This document shows, in pieces, positions 24,214 to 36,904 of a stretch of DNA of 51,750 nucleotides. The position numbers and the translations under genes are program-made. Each line of letters starts with the position of its first letter. Position 1 is the first letter of the stretch. The notes under the pieces were generated by a model. It was given only the letters and a program-made list of their open reading frames with translations. It did not search any database and was not told the origin of the DNA. Location: NCBI GenBank assembly GCA_001938485.1, contig MQRK01246051.1:1-51750 (forward strand), in the 5' to 3' direction. This DNA is from Girardia tigrina (lineage: Eukaryota).

Positions 24214-26220
24214 CACACCAGGTTCTTAAGAAATAGCAAATGTATGTTTTTAGAGAGTAACTCTTTTTTACGTACTAATAAGTAGTAGTTAACCGTTACA
24301 ATAATAAATAAATAGTGATAATTATAAATATTATAATTAATTATATGTATGTAAACCTTCTGTTTATGTTAAAGATACATAATTAATTCAATTGCATCTT
24401 TAGAGGATGTGTTTTACTATGTCATTTAAATTATTTCAGTGTTTGTATACCAATCAACTAAACGTTTAGTTTATTTTAGTCATATACGTGTATAAGTAAA
24501 CAAATACATTGCAATTTAAGTATCATAATAGTATTTTGCTTTTTTATCGCCTTGTTATAGATTTGATTAGATATGACATCGCGTGGTTGTATTACTTCTA
24601 AGAATAAAATTTTTTATGTTTGTTGACTTTCACAGACAAGAGTCACCAGAAGATTATAACTCCACTATTAAAGAAAACATATAAGCTCTACTTTGATTCA
24701 AAAGTAAATATTGGCAATTTGTGGGCTCCATCAATTTTTTATTCAACGTGTGCTAATACACTGTCAGGGTGGTTACGCATGTCCAAAACAAGCAGGCCCG
24801 TGCCATTTGGTGTGCCGATGATATGGAGAGAGACCATGGATCATGTGACCGACTGCTATTTATATATGACCAATGTTCGTGGATTTAACTTCAAGACACG
24901 AAAGTCGATTGCATACCAAAATGTCAACTCTGTGTCAAAACCTCTACCACATGATCCCATAAGCTGCCTTGCACCAGTTCCTCCAATGGAGTACTCATTC
25001 GAAGATACACTGGATAATATGTTATCTGATGAAGATTGCGATTCTGATTCATATTATAAACCAAATGATGATGTGCATTTAATAAACTATGCAGAACTTT
25101 GTGATCTTTTTCGTGATTTAGCACTTACAAAAGGTCCGGCAGAAGTTCTAGGTTCACGACTTATAGAGTTTAACTTGCTTGCTCCTGGTACTTTGATAAC
25201 AAATTTCCGATACCGACAGAAAGTTTTTTTTCAGTACTTTAATACGAGTGACGCTATCTCTTACTGCAAGGATGTTAATTGCCTCATAAAGTCTCTTGGG
25301 AATGAATACCAGTCAGATGAATGAAGACTACTTATCGATGCGTCCAGGAAAAGTCTCAAGGCAGTTCTTTTGCACAATGGCAACAGACTTTCTTCTATAC
25401 CAGTCGCCTATTCTCTGCACATGAAAGAAACATATGATAACATGGTGCTACTCCTTGATAAAATCCGGTATCGTGACCACAATTGGCGTGTCTGTGGAGA
25501 CTTAAAAGTTGTTGACATTCGTCAACTGTTATGCAAACAGGTAGGTAAATCATATAATACATAATGAATATAGATGTACAGTTATACACACATTACCCAA
25601 ATACTCTTGTCTTAGGTTATACGAAATACTGTTCTTTATTTGCGAGTGGGATTGCAGAGACAGAAAGCAACACTATATCAAGAAGTCTTGGCCAATTCGT
25701 GATCGCATGCAACCTGGAAACAAAAACGTTATTCATAATCCACTTATGGATCGAGAGAAAGTGATTATGTCACCACTGCACATTAAGTTAGGCCTCATTA
25801 AGAACTTTGTAAAGGTATTGGATATAAACAGTAGAGGCTTCCTTTACCTACGCCAAAAATTTCCTCAAGTAAGCATGTTTGTTTGTTTGATAAACCATAT
25901 TCCAAACATCATATTTTATTGAATTTTTTAGATTAGTTTGCACAAAGGTAATGGAAGGTATTTTCGTTGGCCCTCAGATCAGATGCATTATAACTGATCG
26001 ACAGTTTAAGGAACTTTTAGTCGAAAAAGAAAGAAATGCTTGGATTTTGTTAAAGTCAATTGTTGCAAACTTCTTGGGAAATAATAAAAGTGGTAACTAC
26101 CAAACAATCGTATAAACGAGTATTGATTCATACCAACCGATGAGTTGCAAGATGTCGTTTAAGATTCATCTCCTTGATTCGCATCTTGATTTTTTTCCCG
26201 ACAATCTTGGTGCAGTCATT
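24214..26220 (+). mobile_element. Chapaev3-like (CMC) transposase pseudogene with two short introns (25545-25615, 25869-25931)
   Basis: PFGVPMIWRE..DH.TDCY, LIDASRKSLKAVLLHNGN, CGDLKVV, LHIKLGL, EGIFVGPQIR, HLDFFPDNLGAV; GT-AG removal gives QVG|YTKYC and KFPQ|IS. Confidence 0.8.
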
Positions 26221-26450
26221 TCTTTCGAAGATCTTTTAAGCTACTTTGAATATACATACATAAGGAAACGTCAGATGATAAATGGAAGCTGGAGGAATAG
26301 TTTGTTTCCACCGAATTCATCATGAAGGTTTATCATTTCATAGTTTAGAGAGAAAAACAAATACGGTTGAAGGTGTGTATAATATTGTGTTATCTTAATA
26401 AATATTTAATGTAGTAGAATTGACATTATCTTATAATTTTCTTTTTATTT
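26221..26450 (+). repeat. Local duplicate of MULE internal segment 27345-27578
   Basis: Near-identical ~230 bp, including the same apparent deletion junction after FPPNS. Confidence 0.85.
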
Positions 26451-26593
26451 AATGGTGAGCGTTTTCACAAAGTTTTTCAGTTATGGAATCACGATATTAA
26501 GGCCGTTGGAGTGCGGTCATATTTTAATTGCTGAGTATTTTAATAAAATAACTTTTAGAATTAAGTCACATCTAACCTAGCCTTTTATTAAAT

Positions 26594-28047
26594 GGCTCTA
26601 TGAGATTTCAACATATGACATTTCATCATATGACATTTCATCATAAAAATTTCATTAAATTATTTTATAGCTTAAATATTTTATTTGGTTACTTGGAAAA
26701 AGTCAAAAATGCTCTATGAAAAAGTTAGAGGCTCTCAAACTTTTAATTCCACGTGCTTCTCCTACCAGAATACTTATTAATTTTGAGACAGTAGCTATGA
26801 AGTTATTCGAAATTTTCTTTCACAATTGTAAAGTGTTCCTTTCGTCGATCGTGCTAAAGTACTTCGCTCCATTTAATGTATTTAGCATTTCTTATACATT
26901 TGGCATTGGAAATGCTTGTCTGATTGTGACTTTATTTAATTGACGAAAATCAGCACATACTCGAATATCCTGTTTGTCTTTTTCCATACGCATACTAACG
27001 GAAAATTCCATGGTGAACTGCATTTTTCAATGATATCTTTTTCCTCATAATTCTTGATAATATCACCTAGTTTTTCCTCAAAGTGTTTTGGCTGTCTGTA
27101 CGGTTTTATCAGTATTGGTTCTCCTTGCGTTTCAATTTTATGCTTAGTTAGTGTGGTCTTCACTTATCACTGTCAGCTTTTAGAAAAATGAGTGAACTGG
27201 GTTTAAAAAGAGAATACTTATTAAAAATACAAATAAAAAAATACCATTTGCACAAAAATGTTGTGTGAACTTTCTCTCATTCCAATTTTTGAGGTGTTAG
27301 AGGGATTTTTAGAGGTTTCAGAACAGTTTGAGTTTACGTGAAGTTCTTTCGAAGATCCTTTAAGCTACTTTGAATTTTCATACATTAGGAAACGTCAGAT
27401 GATAAATGGAAGCTGGAGGAATAGTTTATTTCCACCGAATTCATCATGAAGGTTTATCATTTCATGGTTTAGCGAGAAAAACAAATACGATGAAGGTGTG
27501 TATAATATTGTGTTATTTTAATAAATATTTAATGTAGTAGAATTGACATTATCTTCTTATAATTTTCTTTTTATTTAAAAATCAATAAAATAATTTGTTA
27601 ATTGATTTTACAGTTATTTGTTTCGGAATTAAAACAGTATATATGAAAAAGTGCAAAAGTGTGATGGTGTCAATTAATGTGTATATGTAAGAATTAAAGA
27701 GAAAAAAAATGTTTTTCAAATCATTTTTAGTTGTTTTCATGAATATTTTACTTTTATTTATAATATTTTATGTAACGAATTTCCGAACAAAATATTTAAT
27801 ATATTTTTAATTATTATTAAAATTTCAATAGTTATCTACAAAATAGAAATAAAGTTTTAAAAATATATTAATTATTTAAAATTACATAATTAATTAATTT
27901 TTTATTTTAAATTCATTTTTTAATTTTTTGATTATATTGGGTATATGTCAGTATGATGAAATTTTATATGATGAAATGTCGTATGATTAAATGTCATTTG
28001 ATGAGTTGGATCTGATTAAATGTTATGTGTTGAGGTGTATGAACACC
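26594..28047 (+). mobile_element. MULE/Mutator-like element with tandem-repeat TIRs, carrying a gypsy RT fragment
   Basis: 9 bp TSD TTATTAAAT (26585-26593/28048-28056), GG...CC ends, 15 bp units atatgacatttcatc inverted at both ends; PTRILINFE..A, HL...RK..LGL, YFE.SYI...FPP. Confidence 0.85.
26840..27161 (-). pseudogene. Gypsy RT N-terminal fragment (copy of ~32140-32461) inside the MULE
   Basis: TTLTKHKIETQGEPILIKPYRQP...SSPWNFPLVCV; high nucleotide identity to 32140-32461, no LTR. Confidence 0.88.
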
Positions 28048-28350
28048 TTATTAAATAAATTTTCATTTTTGAAACATAAACGTAGCATTTTATAAAAAAT
28101 TAGCAAAAATATATACCTGATAAACAAAAATTTGAAGAAAATTTCACGTTTTGAAATTTATATCAAAATTGGTATTTTAATTTGTAAATTTAATTTATAA
28201 ATCATAAAAATCTGTTATTATTTAAATTTTAAAATAATGAAATATTAATTCACTTTTTTGAAAATTTGATTTGTATTAATAATCTACTGAAAAGTATAAG
28301 TAAACTATTTTATTTATTATCATTTAAATAAAATAGATGACATCATTATT

Positions 28351-28431
28351 GACAGGCATAGTCTGATGGTTACTTCAGGAACTAATTATATTTCAAATAC
28401 AATGTTAACCACGGATGGGATCCTGTCTTTT
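28351..28431 (+). ncRNA. Vault RNA-like Pol III gene, copy B
   Basis: GACAGGCATAGTCTGATGGTTACTTC...TAACCACGGATGGGATCCTGTCTTTT; perfect GACAGG/CCTGTC stem, inner GTCTG-A-TGGTTA/TAACCA-CGGAT. Confidence 0.7.
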
Positions 28432-28964
28432 GCCTATAACGAAAGTTTTTAGTTTTCAACTCCAATATCAAAATTTTTTTTATTTTTATTTCTGTAATTT
28501 ATACACTTTTCTTTTTAAACTGTGTATAATTTCACCTATTTTACTAATTTTTCTCTTCTTTATGATCCGAAAATTTCATTATGAAAATAACAAAATTTAA
28601 TAAGCATAAAAAAGGACAAACTGAATTAATTAGCTGTATTATTATTAATAATAATATTATTATTTGGAGCGGAAAATTGTTCATTTACCGAACATTTTGC
28701 CAAAATTTTGGGTAAAAATAAATTTTAATTAAATTAAATAAAAACTTAAAATAAAATAAATTGAATAAATAATTAAATTAAATTAAAGAAAAATAATAAT
28801 AGTCATTAAAAATATATTAATTAAATAATTAGAACACCACTTTCAATGCTTTATTTTCTTGGAGAGAGAGATTATAATAATACATAATAATAACAGAGAG
28901 ATTATTATTATGTAACTGTTAGTAACTTATCTATTATCTATTATCTATTATCTATTCCTTATTA

Positions 28965-29987
28965 CGGTGATTCAAAAGTTTTTCGTTTTTCGATGCCTTA
29001 CATTGTGACAGTTATTTTATATGAATAATCTATTTTGGCATTATTGATTTTTACACTATTTATTATGGCATTGCGTAACCAATCTCCTTGTATAGTGTTG
29101 GTCTATTCATTAAACGTATGTTTGTTTATTCTTATCAGATTATGCAGAGCGAAAAATACGGAATTTTCGTCCTTTCACGACATTAGTGGAAAAAAGGCTT
29201 CAACGCAGCTGCTGCAGCCCGGGAAATATGTGAAATAGAAGGCGAAGGTACGGTCAGTGTTCGATTGCCACAATTGTGATTCAAGCGCTTCTCAAGTGGT
29301 GACGTCAATTCGGAAGACCTACCCCGCTCTGGGTGACCATCTGTTGTTGATGTTGACACTCTACGTCAAACTGTGGAGGAGCAGCCCTGCACCAGCACAT
29401 GGAGATTATCAGCAGAGCTTGGTCCTTCGCAACTAACTTTTCAACGTCATCTTCATCAGCTTGGCCTCTTTAAAAGACGTTGTAGACAAATTCATCACTA
29501 ACTGATAGCCACTCAAGCACAACGACTTTATCTCTGAAAAGAATTGGTTGCTTACCTCCATGACATGCGCTTCTTCAGAAGAATCGTGACGGTTGATGAA
29601 AAGTGGGTATTTTTTCGTAATTCTAACAAGGAGAATCAGTGGCTCTACCCTGGTATGCCGCCAAACTCGTGGTGAAGCGAGGACGCTTTGATTACAAATT
29701 TACGCTCTGTTTATGGTGGAATTTCGAGGGGATGATCGACTTCGAACTAGTTCCGTAGGGGTGTACTATGAATACCAATCTCTACACTTAGCAGTTGGAT
29801 AGAGTCTACACCATTCTCTGTGAACGTTACCCAACATTGGTCAATCGCAACCAAGTTCTTCTACAACAAAACAACGCTCTGGTACACACTGCACACTTTA
29901 ATCGTGGTAATTTGCAAGAGCTGCAAGGGGTTGAAGTATTGCCATACTCTGCCTACAGTTCAAACCTTTCCCTCAGTGACTACTTTT
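28965..29987 (+). mobile_element. mariner element, degenerate, 3'-truncated
   Basis: TA-cggtgattcaaaag start; EDLPRSG*P, TVDEKWVFF, WWNFEG, QQNNALVH, YSSNLSLSDY. Confidence 0.85.
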
Positions 29988-30320
29988 AATTTATTTAAAT
30001 TACTGATTTATTAAAGAAAAATATACTAATCAAAATATTTAAAGTATTGATCAATTAAATACAAGCCTCTTTTTTTAATTTCTAAATAAATATTTATCAA
30101 ATCCGATATAAAATTTTTCTAAAAATACTTTTGCATTTTTTATATTTAAACCTGTATGAAAAATAATATTTTAATTTAGTTAGATTGACAAATATATAAG
30201 AAAAAATTAAATTTGTTCAACGTTATCTGAGCCCGAGCTCTACTTTCATTTGGTATATTTTTAAATAATTAATTACATAATATACTACTAATAATCTGTA
30301 AAAAATGTTTCTCAATCAGT

Positions 30321-30517
30321 TATTAACTTTTTTCGAGAGTTAGTCCTTGCGGCCCCCACCTACATTAATTAGGTCACACACCCTCGCAGGGCCGCCGCTA
30401 CCCCTAATTGACCTTTAATTTATCTTAAAATTGAATATTTATTACATCTTAATTAATTACATTCAATGATACTATCTGATGTCATCCGTTACTCTAAAAC
30501 ATTGAATTCAAGCTGTC
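30321..30517. repeat. Unidentified structured two-copy element, copy 1 (paralog 45203-45388)
   Basis: Shared blocks cgag(a/t)gttagtccttgcgg...cacacaccctc..agggccg...cctaattgaccttt and tatctgatgtcatccgttactctaaaacattga.ttcaagctgt. Confidence 0.75.
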
Positions 30518-30796
30518 TGTTATTGTTCTGAATTGTTTTTCTATGATCCGTTACTCTAAAAATATGAATTCAAGCTGTCAAACATCTCACCGCTGCCCTA
30601 CTGTATATACATTGTAGTGCCATTAAATGTATATCATTTATTTATGTTAAAATAAATATACATGTATTTATATTCAATATGTGTAGTCATTCATGCATTT
30701 AAAGATAGTTTGAAGATCCAATTTATTAAACGATGTTCAAAATAAAAAAATAGATTTAAACAAAAGAAAGAAAGAAAAGAAACATCTTTTAAAGAA

Positions 30797-33700
30797 TATT
30801 AAGAACATTTAAACAAGTCTCGTTTGAATGTTTATTAGAATCACATTTAGAGTCATTATGACTCTCAGAAAGTCTTTCATCGTTTGTCATCCTTCTAATT
30901 GGTTTTCTTATTTCTATTTTTAATCATGATTATTCGAACAATTTTTCTAAATTATTTTTAAAATAATTAGCCTCTAAAAATATTAATTAAAAAAATAGTA
31001 ATTTTTACCATTTTTCAATAAATCTTAAAATAATAAAAATGTCATTATTAAAAATGCATTTAATTTAAATTTTACTAAAAAATATTAAACTTAATTTTAA
31101 TTGTGTTCGAATAGTCAATCACTTTAAATTTAAATAAAAAATACCAATGTCCATCTGGGTGGGAGAATCACCATTCTAAATTCAAAATACTTAAATCAAC
31201 ATACAGCATCCATACATTTACACATTCAAACAAATTAAAATATTCCTCACATCCCCCATCGGTTTAAATGGCTTTAGCCATTCTTCAATGTTAGGATTAT
31301 AGTTTTAACTTTTGCTTTTTTAGCGTCATCGAGCATTGTCTGACATTGTACATATAGTTCACATGTATTTCTCGACATTGCGTCTGCATTAGTGTGTTTT
31401 TTGCCCTTGCGGTATTCCATCCTCATGTCTAGTCCAACAAAGAAGTTTATCCAAGTTTGGAATTGTAGAGTTATTGAGTTCTTCGTTGTCATCATGAATG
31501 TGATGGACTTATGGTCCGTTCTAAGTAAAACCTTCTAGGATATGCGAGGATCGGTGTTTTTGTCATTTTATCTTTTAATGTCTGAAATACTTCGTTACAT
31601 TCCTTTGTCCATGTCAGTTTTTTATCTTTATTTTTTCCACATAGTCCTTCCAGTATTTTTGAATATTTTGCATAATCATTCAAAAATTTTCTATAATAGT
31701 TCGTTAGCCCCAAGAAACTTCTTAAATGTTTAATGCATGAAAGATTTTGAAATTTTTCGATTGCTTCAATTTTCGTTTTATCCGTCTCTATACCATCTTT
31801 GCTCACGACATATCCTAAAAATTTTGTCATTTCTACCATGAATTGATACTTTTCAGGGTTTATCCCAAGGACCGATTCTTTAATCTTTTGAAATATTTGT
31901 TCGACTCGACTGAAATATTCTTCTTTGTCTTTTGCGAAGATTAGAATATCGTCCAGGTATACAACTGCTTCTTTCCAGTTTAATTCTCCTAACACTCTTG
32001 TCATTAGTTCTTGAAATGTCGCTTGGGCAGCTGCAATTCCGAATGGCATTCTTATAAAACAATATTGGCCGTTCTTTGTCGAAAATGCAGTTTTTAATTT
32101 TGAATCGTTCTCCAATTCAACTTAATGATATGCACTCCCCAAGTCAATCGTGCTGAAGTATTTCGCTCCATTTAATGTATTTAGCATTTCTTATACATTT
32201 GGCATTGGAAATGCTTGTCTGATTGTGACTTTATTTAATTGTCGAAAATCAACACATACTCTGATAGCCTGTTTGTCTTTTTTCCATATGCATACTAGCG
32301 GAAAATTCCACGGCGAACTGCATTTTTCAATGATATCATTTTCCTCGTAATTCTTGATAATGTCATCTAGTATTTCCTCAAAGTGTTTTGGCTGTCGGTT
32401 TGGTTTTACCAATATTGGTTCTCCTTGCGTTTCAATTTTATGCTTAGTTAGTGTGGTCTTCCCTATATCCCATTTGTCCGCAATAAATATCGTTTTATAT
32501 TCTATTAGTAATTTCATTAATGGTTCATCTATCTTATCTGTGTATATTTCACTTATTCTTCTAAGTCTGTCTCCGTCAGTTAAAGTATCACGTATTACTA
32601 GCACTCCTTCGTTGTATCATGTTTCTTTCTTTAGTTTTATGTTGAATTTATTTAGGAAATCTATTCCTGCAATCATTTCGGGTTCCAAATCTTCTACCAC
32701 AAAAAAATCCACTGTTTTCTGTATTCTTTCAATCTTAATCTTTAGTTGTACTATTCCATAATTTACTAGTTCCGAATCGTTAGCACAGTGTATATGTCTT
32801 TTTGACTCCTTTATTTTGAAATTTTTCATATTTTTGAGTACGTCTACTTTAATTACATTGACTCGTGCTCCCGTATCCAGTAGACATCGTACTTTTTATT
32901 CTTTATTTGAAATCCTATACTAGGTCTCCCTTTCAGTTCTTCATATTCTATTTTAAACATTGATATTTTCATTATCTCTGTGCTTCTTTAGAGTTATTGA
33001 GTTCTTCGTTGTTTTATATTTTCTACATTTATATTTTCATAATCTTTTTCTGTGATCAAACTCTCACATTTCTCATTGTGTATTTCTTTTTCACCATCTA
33101 ATATACACAATTCTTGAGGAATATTTTCAACAGCATCCCATAAACAACATACGTCATCATACAAACAATCATTCATACAGTCAAACATACACATACATTC
33201 GTTTCTTAGTGAAGTGCACTTATCACTTCTCCCTGTGACCGTGCCTCCTCTTTTCCCTGTTCGTCTCGGAAATTTTTCCTGTTTGTAATATTTTCTCTTC
33301 TTGTTAGACTTCCTCTTTTATTCGATCTTTCCGACATTCTTTCCCACTCGTCGTCGAAGTCTTCTAATTCTGCTACTTGGTCTCTTCTATTCGTATATCC
33401 CATTCTACCTCTGTATTATGTGTTTGTGTATTCTTTTCGTTCATTTTTTCTATTCCTTGTATCTTCTCTTCTAGATTGTTCGCGCTCTCTAAATCTGTTT
33501 GGATTTTCATAAAATTGTGTTCTTACATGCCCTTTCTTATTACAATGGCTGAATTTAACATTTGGGCATTCCCGTCTCATGTTCTTCTTCATGGCAGGCC
33601 CGATATATGATTCTTCTCACATTAAAATTTCTTCTTGGTTCTTCGATCTTTCTCTCTTCGTATCTTGGTCTCGGTCTTCTTGTTCTATATTCTACTTTCT

Positions 33701-34060
33701 TCCATTCTTTATTTTCCTTTGTCGTGTACGCGTCCACTCTTATATTCCTGTCTTTAAGCTCAAATTCGTAAATTTTCTCCTGGATATTTTTTATATCTTC
33801 TGCTTTTGTGGAATTTCTCAGAGTCCTTTCTCTTCTTACTTCTGTATCTTCCACGGCGTTGGCGTACGCTAGATCTGAAAGTTCCTTTTTCCTAGTTTTT
33901 TCTCCACAAGTTTTTCCACTAGTTCATCAATCTTTTTAAATACTTCTGATGATCGTCAATCTTTTTAAATACTTCTGATGATCGCCGATTCTAATCTCTA
34001 CAAGCTCCTTCATTATTTCTAAAATATTTTTCTCTTTTGAGAATGCATTTCTCATTCTCG
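30797..34060 (-). mobile_element. Ty3/gypsy LTR retrotransposon (gag, PR, RT, partial RNase H; integrase deleted) with 3' LTR 30797-31251
   Basis: CLLDTGARVNVI, RVCVDFRQLN, MPFGI, VVYLDDILI, FLGLTNYYRKF, ADAMSR; PPT gatggggga directly before TGTGAGGAATA. Confidence 0.92.
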
Positions 34061-34065
34061 TTTCC

Positions 34066-34258
34066 CAGCATCTAAAACAGTGTCGTATTCAGTTAATTGA
34101 ATGTGGTGAAGAATGACCATAAATATTAATATTAAAATATTCGGAAAGCGTTTTTAATAAAATTTTATAGTTAAAAAAATACAAAATTATATAAAATGCA
34201 AAATTTTAAAAATAATAACATTTGCATTTAATTAAACTACATTTATATTTACAATTTC
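34066..34258 (+). repeat. ~195 bp unclassified repeat, inverted copy at ~48788-48985
   Basis: cccagcatc.aaaacagtgtcgtattcagttaattgaatgtggtga... matches the reverse complement at 48788-48985. Confidence 0.8.
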
Positions 34259-34259
34259 T

Positions 34260-34500
34260 ATTCCTCCTATTATATCTGGTTTTACGTCATTTACTACAAT
34301 GAACGTTATATTTCACTGTTTTTCTTTAATTTCTACGTCCATTGAAATTTTACCCATACAATCTAGTTGATTAATTTAATATCTGCCTTTTCTAATTTTA
34401 CGTTCGTTAGTTTCTCAAAAATCTTTCTGGGGATTACATTTACTCTTGCACCTGTGTCTAATAAACAATGCTCCACGTTACCTTGTATCATCAACTTTAC
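34260..34500 (-). pseudogene. Retroviral-type aspartic protease remnant
   Basis: rc EHCLLDTGARVNVIPE. Confidence 0.6.
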
Positions 34501-35159
34501 ACTCGACTGGCCTTGCTTTCTATCATACGATTGAAGAAAAGAACACAGAATAAAATGTCAGGATTTATGTCAATAGATGAATGGAAAGCAGAAAATCTAT
34601 CATACGATATATTTTCGGCTTTCCATTCATCTATTCACAAAATCCTGACATTTTCTTCTGTGTTCTTTTCTTCAATTGTTCCCACTAAACTTCGTCCAAG
34701 CTTGTCCTCAAAAGTTTCTTTATTTATAAATTTCCGTACTTTATTATTTAACTAGTAAATAACCCGTCATGTATGACGGATATAATTATATAGAGTTAAA
34801 ATTTCAAATAAATTTTCAAGACTTTTTTTTTAAAATTCATTTGTTTTCCACATTTAATCATTAGAAATAAGTGTCTTCACAAAATTTCTTTATAAACTAT
34901 ATTTTCGGTAAATACTCGTTCATTATTCAGTAAATTACCATTTTGAGAAGTTGCCATTGTTGAAAATCCTACCGAAAAATATAATGAATGAAAAATGTTG
35001 AATTCCAAAAGGCCAACCCAAAATTTATATTATATTATATAATAATTATAATAATAATAATTCATATGGAAAATTATCATGAATAATTCTGCTAATAATA
35101 ATTTTCCATATGAATTATTATTAATATAAATATCTACTTACAATTGTAAGTAGATAATA

Positions 35160-35225
35160 TGAGCGTTAGTGAGGCAGTGAGGCAGGCAGGCAGTGAGTGA
35201 CTTGGGCTTTTATAAGATAAGATAT
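35160..35225 (-). mobile_element. Non-autonomous Helitron-like 5' end
   Basis: rc tcttatcttataaaagcccaagtcactcactgcctgcctgcc (TC start, TATAAAA, short tetranucleotide repeat). Confidence 0.4.
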
Positions 35226-35499
35226 CTTGCTTCCCTTATCTCAACATTCCTTTCGTCGTCTATCACTACGTCTATAATATTTGATATATTACTTCTACTA
35301 TAAATACAAATACTTTTGGAGTCGCTGTTATCTTTTAATTTATTGCCCCGACTGGTTCCACTTCTGTCGAGGCGTTGCCTTTTGGGTGTTCACTTCGTGT
35401 AACTGATTCTTTATATTTTTCTTCGGTGAAGAATATATAGAGAATATATAGAGAAAGAATATAGAGTCTTTAACACCAATCTTTCGGGTGGGATTTATT

Positions 35500-36700
35500 A
35501 TGCCATGTAGTTCCATACGAAAAAGCGTCCATAACCCCTGTAAGACAGTAATTCACTAGGTGATTTTACAGGCAAGCCAAACCAGCTTCAGACACCAACA
35601 TATATGAGGTCAAACGAACATTTTTAGGAGTATGTCAACTCATGAGTAGACTTAAATCTTCTTGATTATCATGAAGAAGCTACCACCCCAGTATTGACCG
35701 GGTTTGCAATGCCAAACGCACTTTTTTTGGGGTTGTACGCAACCCGCCATGCCCCGTGACTCTAATTAGTTATGCTAAACGGACCAGAACAGCAAAATTC
35801 CCACTATCGATCTATATAATAACCAGATGGATATTTTCATCCAATCCACCACACGCGAACCTTCCCACTATCTTTTCAAGTTTTTATTCCTCCTTATTCA
35901 AGAAAGGTAGTATATGCCTTACGCGGCCCAGGTTTTTCCATCCACGCGGTATTGGAGGGACCGATGCGTGCCATTTCTTCAATGGGCAGGCAACTGGAGT
36001 TTCCACACCTCGATAAATTAATTTTATCATATTGAGATTAAGAGGCTGTCCTTGGACTGACCCTCATTGATTTTGAAACTCCAGGTGGACTTCTTATACT
36101 CAAACTATCCAGCTCGAATTGACAGATCGTTTTACTTCCACCACAGAAACTAATATCGTCAACACTAGACGCACAAAACTTTTCAATGTCTAGTTAATTG
36201 TAATATACCTTTTGAAAACGCATGATGATATGAGTACAATTATTTTGAGATATTTTATAGCGAATCATAGACACATATATACTAAAGGCTATACATATCT
36301 GAGAAGTGGGATGAATAATGGGAGGGCCTCTTTCCAGATTATATGCTCCGAAAATCATCACCAAAAACTAATTTACATTAGTCCCATGAGAGGAAGACTT
36401 CCTTCCATGCTTCTCTAGTTACCCCATCAATTCAACTCCTTTGACTGACGGTCAGTGACAATCCAACCAGATTGTCGTAATTCGGACAAGTTCGGATCGG
36501 GATCTTTTATCAAATTGACAAAAATAGTAACCAGATGTCAGGCCCCTTTAATTTGGCATCGCATATCACAAAGTGACAAACTTCACCAAGAAGGTCATAG
36601 TCACAGAGAGCGTACAAAACATTTTTAATGCACTCTGAGATGTCCTACTCCTGCAAATGACGCATTTGAGTTTACAGCCAATAATACATTCCAATAGTAA
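35500..36700 (-). pseudogene. Highly degenerate RT/RNase H remnant (DIRS- or LTR-type)
   Basis: Scattered rc motifs DDFRS, SVDDISFCG.S..CQ..LD, FKINE, WGG; many stops. Confidence 0.3.
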
Positions 36701-36705
36701 TGTGG

Positions 36706-36791
36706 ATAGTTACTCCCGCCATTTACCAGCGCTTAATTGAATTTCTTCACATTGACATTCATGGCACTGGGCAGAAATCACATTGCGTCAA
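36706..36791 (-). rRNA. Short 28S rRNA fragment ending just before the R2 target site
   Basis: rc ttgacgcaatgtgatttctgcccagtgc...gaagaaattcaa..aagcgc.ggtaaa.ggcgggagtaactat. Confidence 0.85.
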
Positions 36792-36819
36792 AGCCGTTCT
36801 TCAAAATATTAATGAAGGC

Positions 36820-36899
36820 AAAAGACAGGATCGCGTCTGTGGTTTAATCACAAGATTAATGGTTTCGCTAGAAGAAGTAACCACCGGACTATGCCTGCC
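36820..36899 (-). ncRNA. Vault RNA-like Pol III gene, copy C
   Basis: rc GGCAGGCATAGTCCGGTGGTTACTTC...AAACCACAGACGCGATCCTGTCTTTT. Confidence 0.7.
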
Positions 36900-36904
36900 A
36901 CTGC

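Noticed and set aside
26600-26655. Short tandem array of 15-mers
   Set aside because: Explained as MULE subterminal repeats mirrored at 27950-28045
30333-30417. HDV-like ribozyme or Y RNA call for the structured two-copy element
   Set aside because: Copy 1 shows P1/P2-like pairings and a CUAA, but no valid P3/L3/P1.1, and the plus-strand helices break in copy 2. The Ro-binding GGUCCGA/UUGAC stem is not formed. Left unnamed.
30485-30578. CRISPR-like repeat (minus-strand GTTTTAGAGT, two units)
   Set aside because: Only two imperfect units, no cas genes, eukaryotic context
35500-36705. R2 retrotransposon next to the 28S fragment
   Set aside because: No R2-type RT, CCHC or restriction-like endonuclease motifs visible; the remnant looks DIRS/LTR-like
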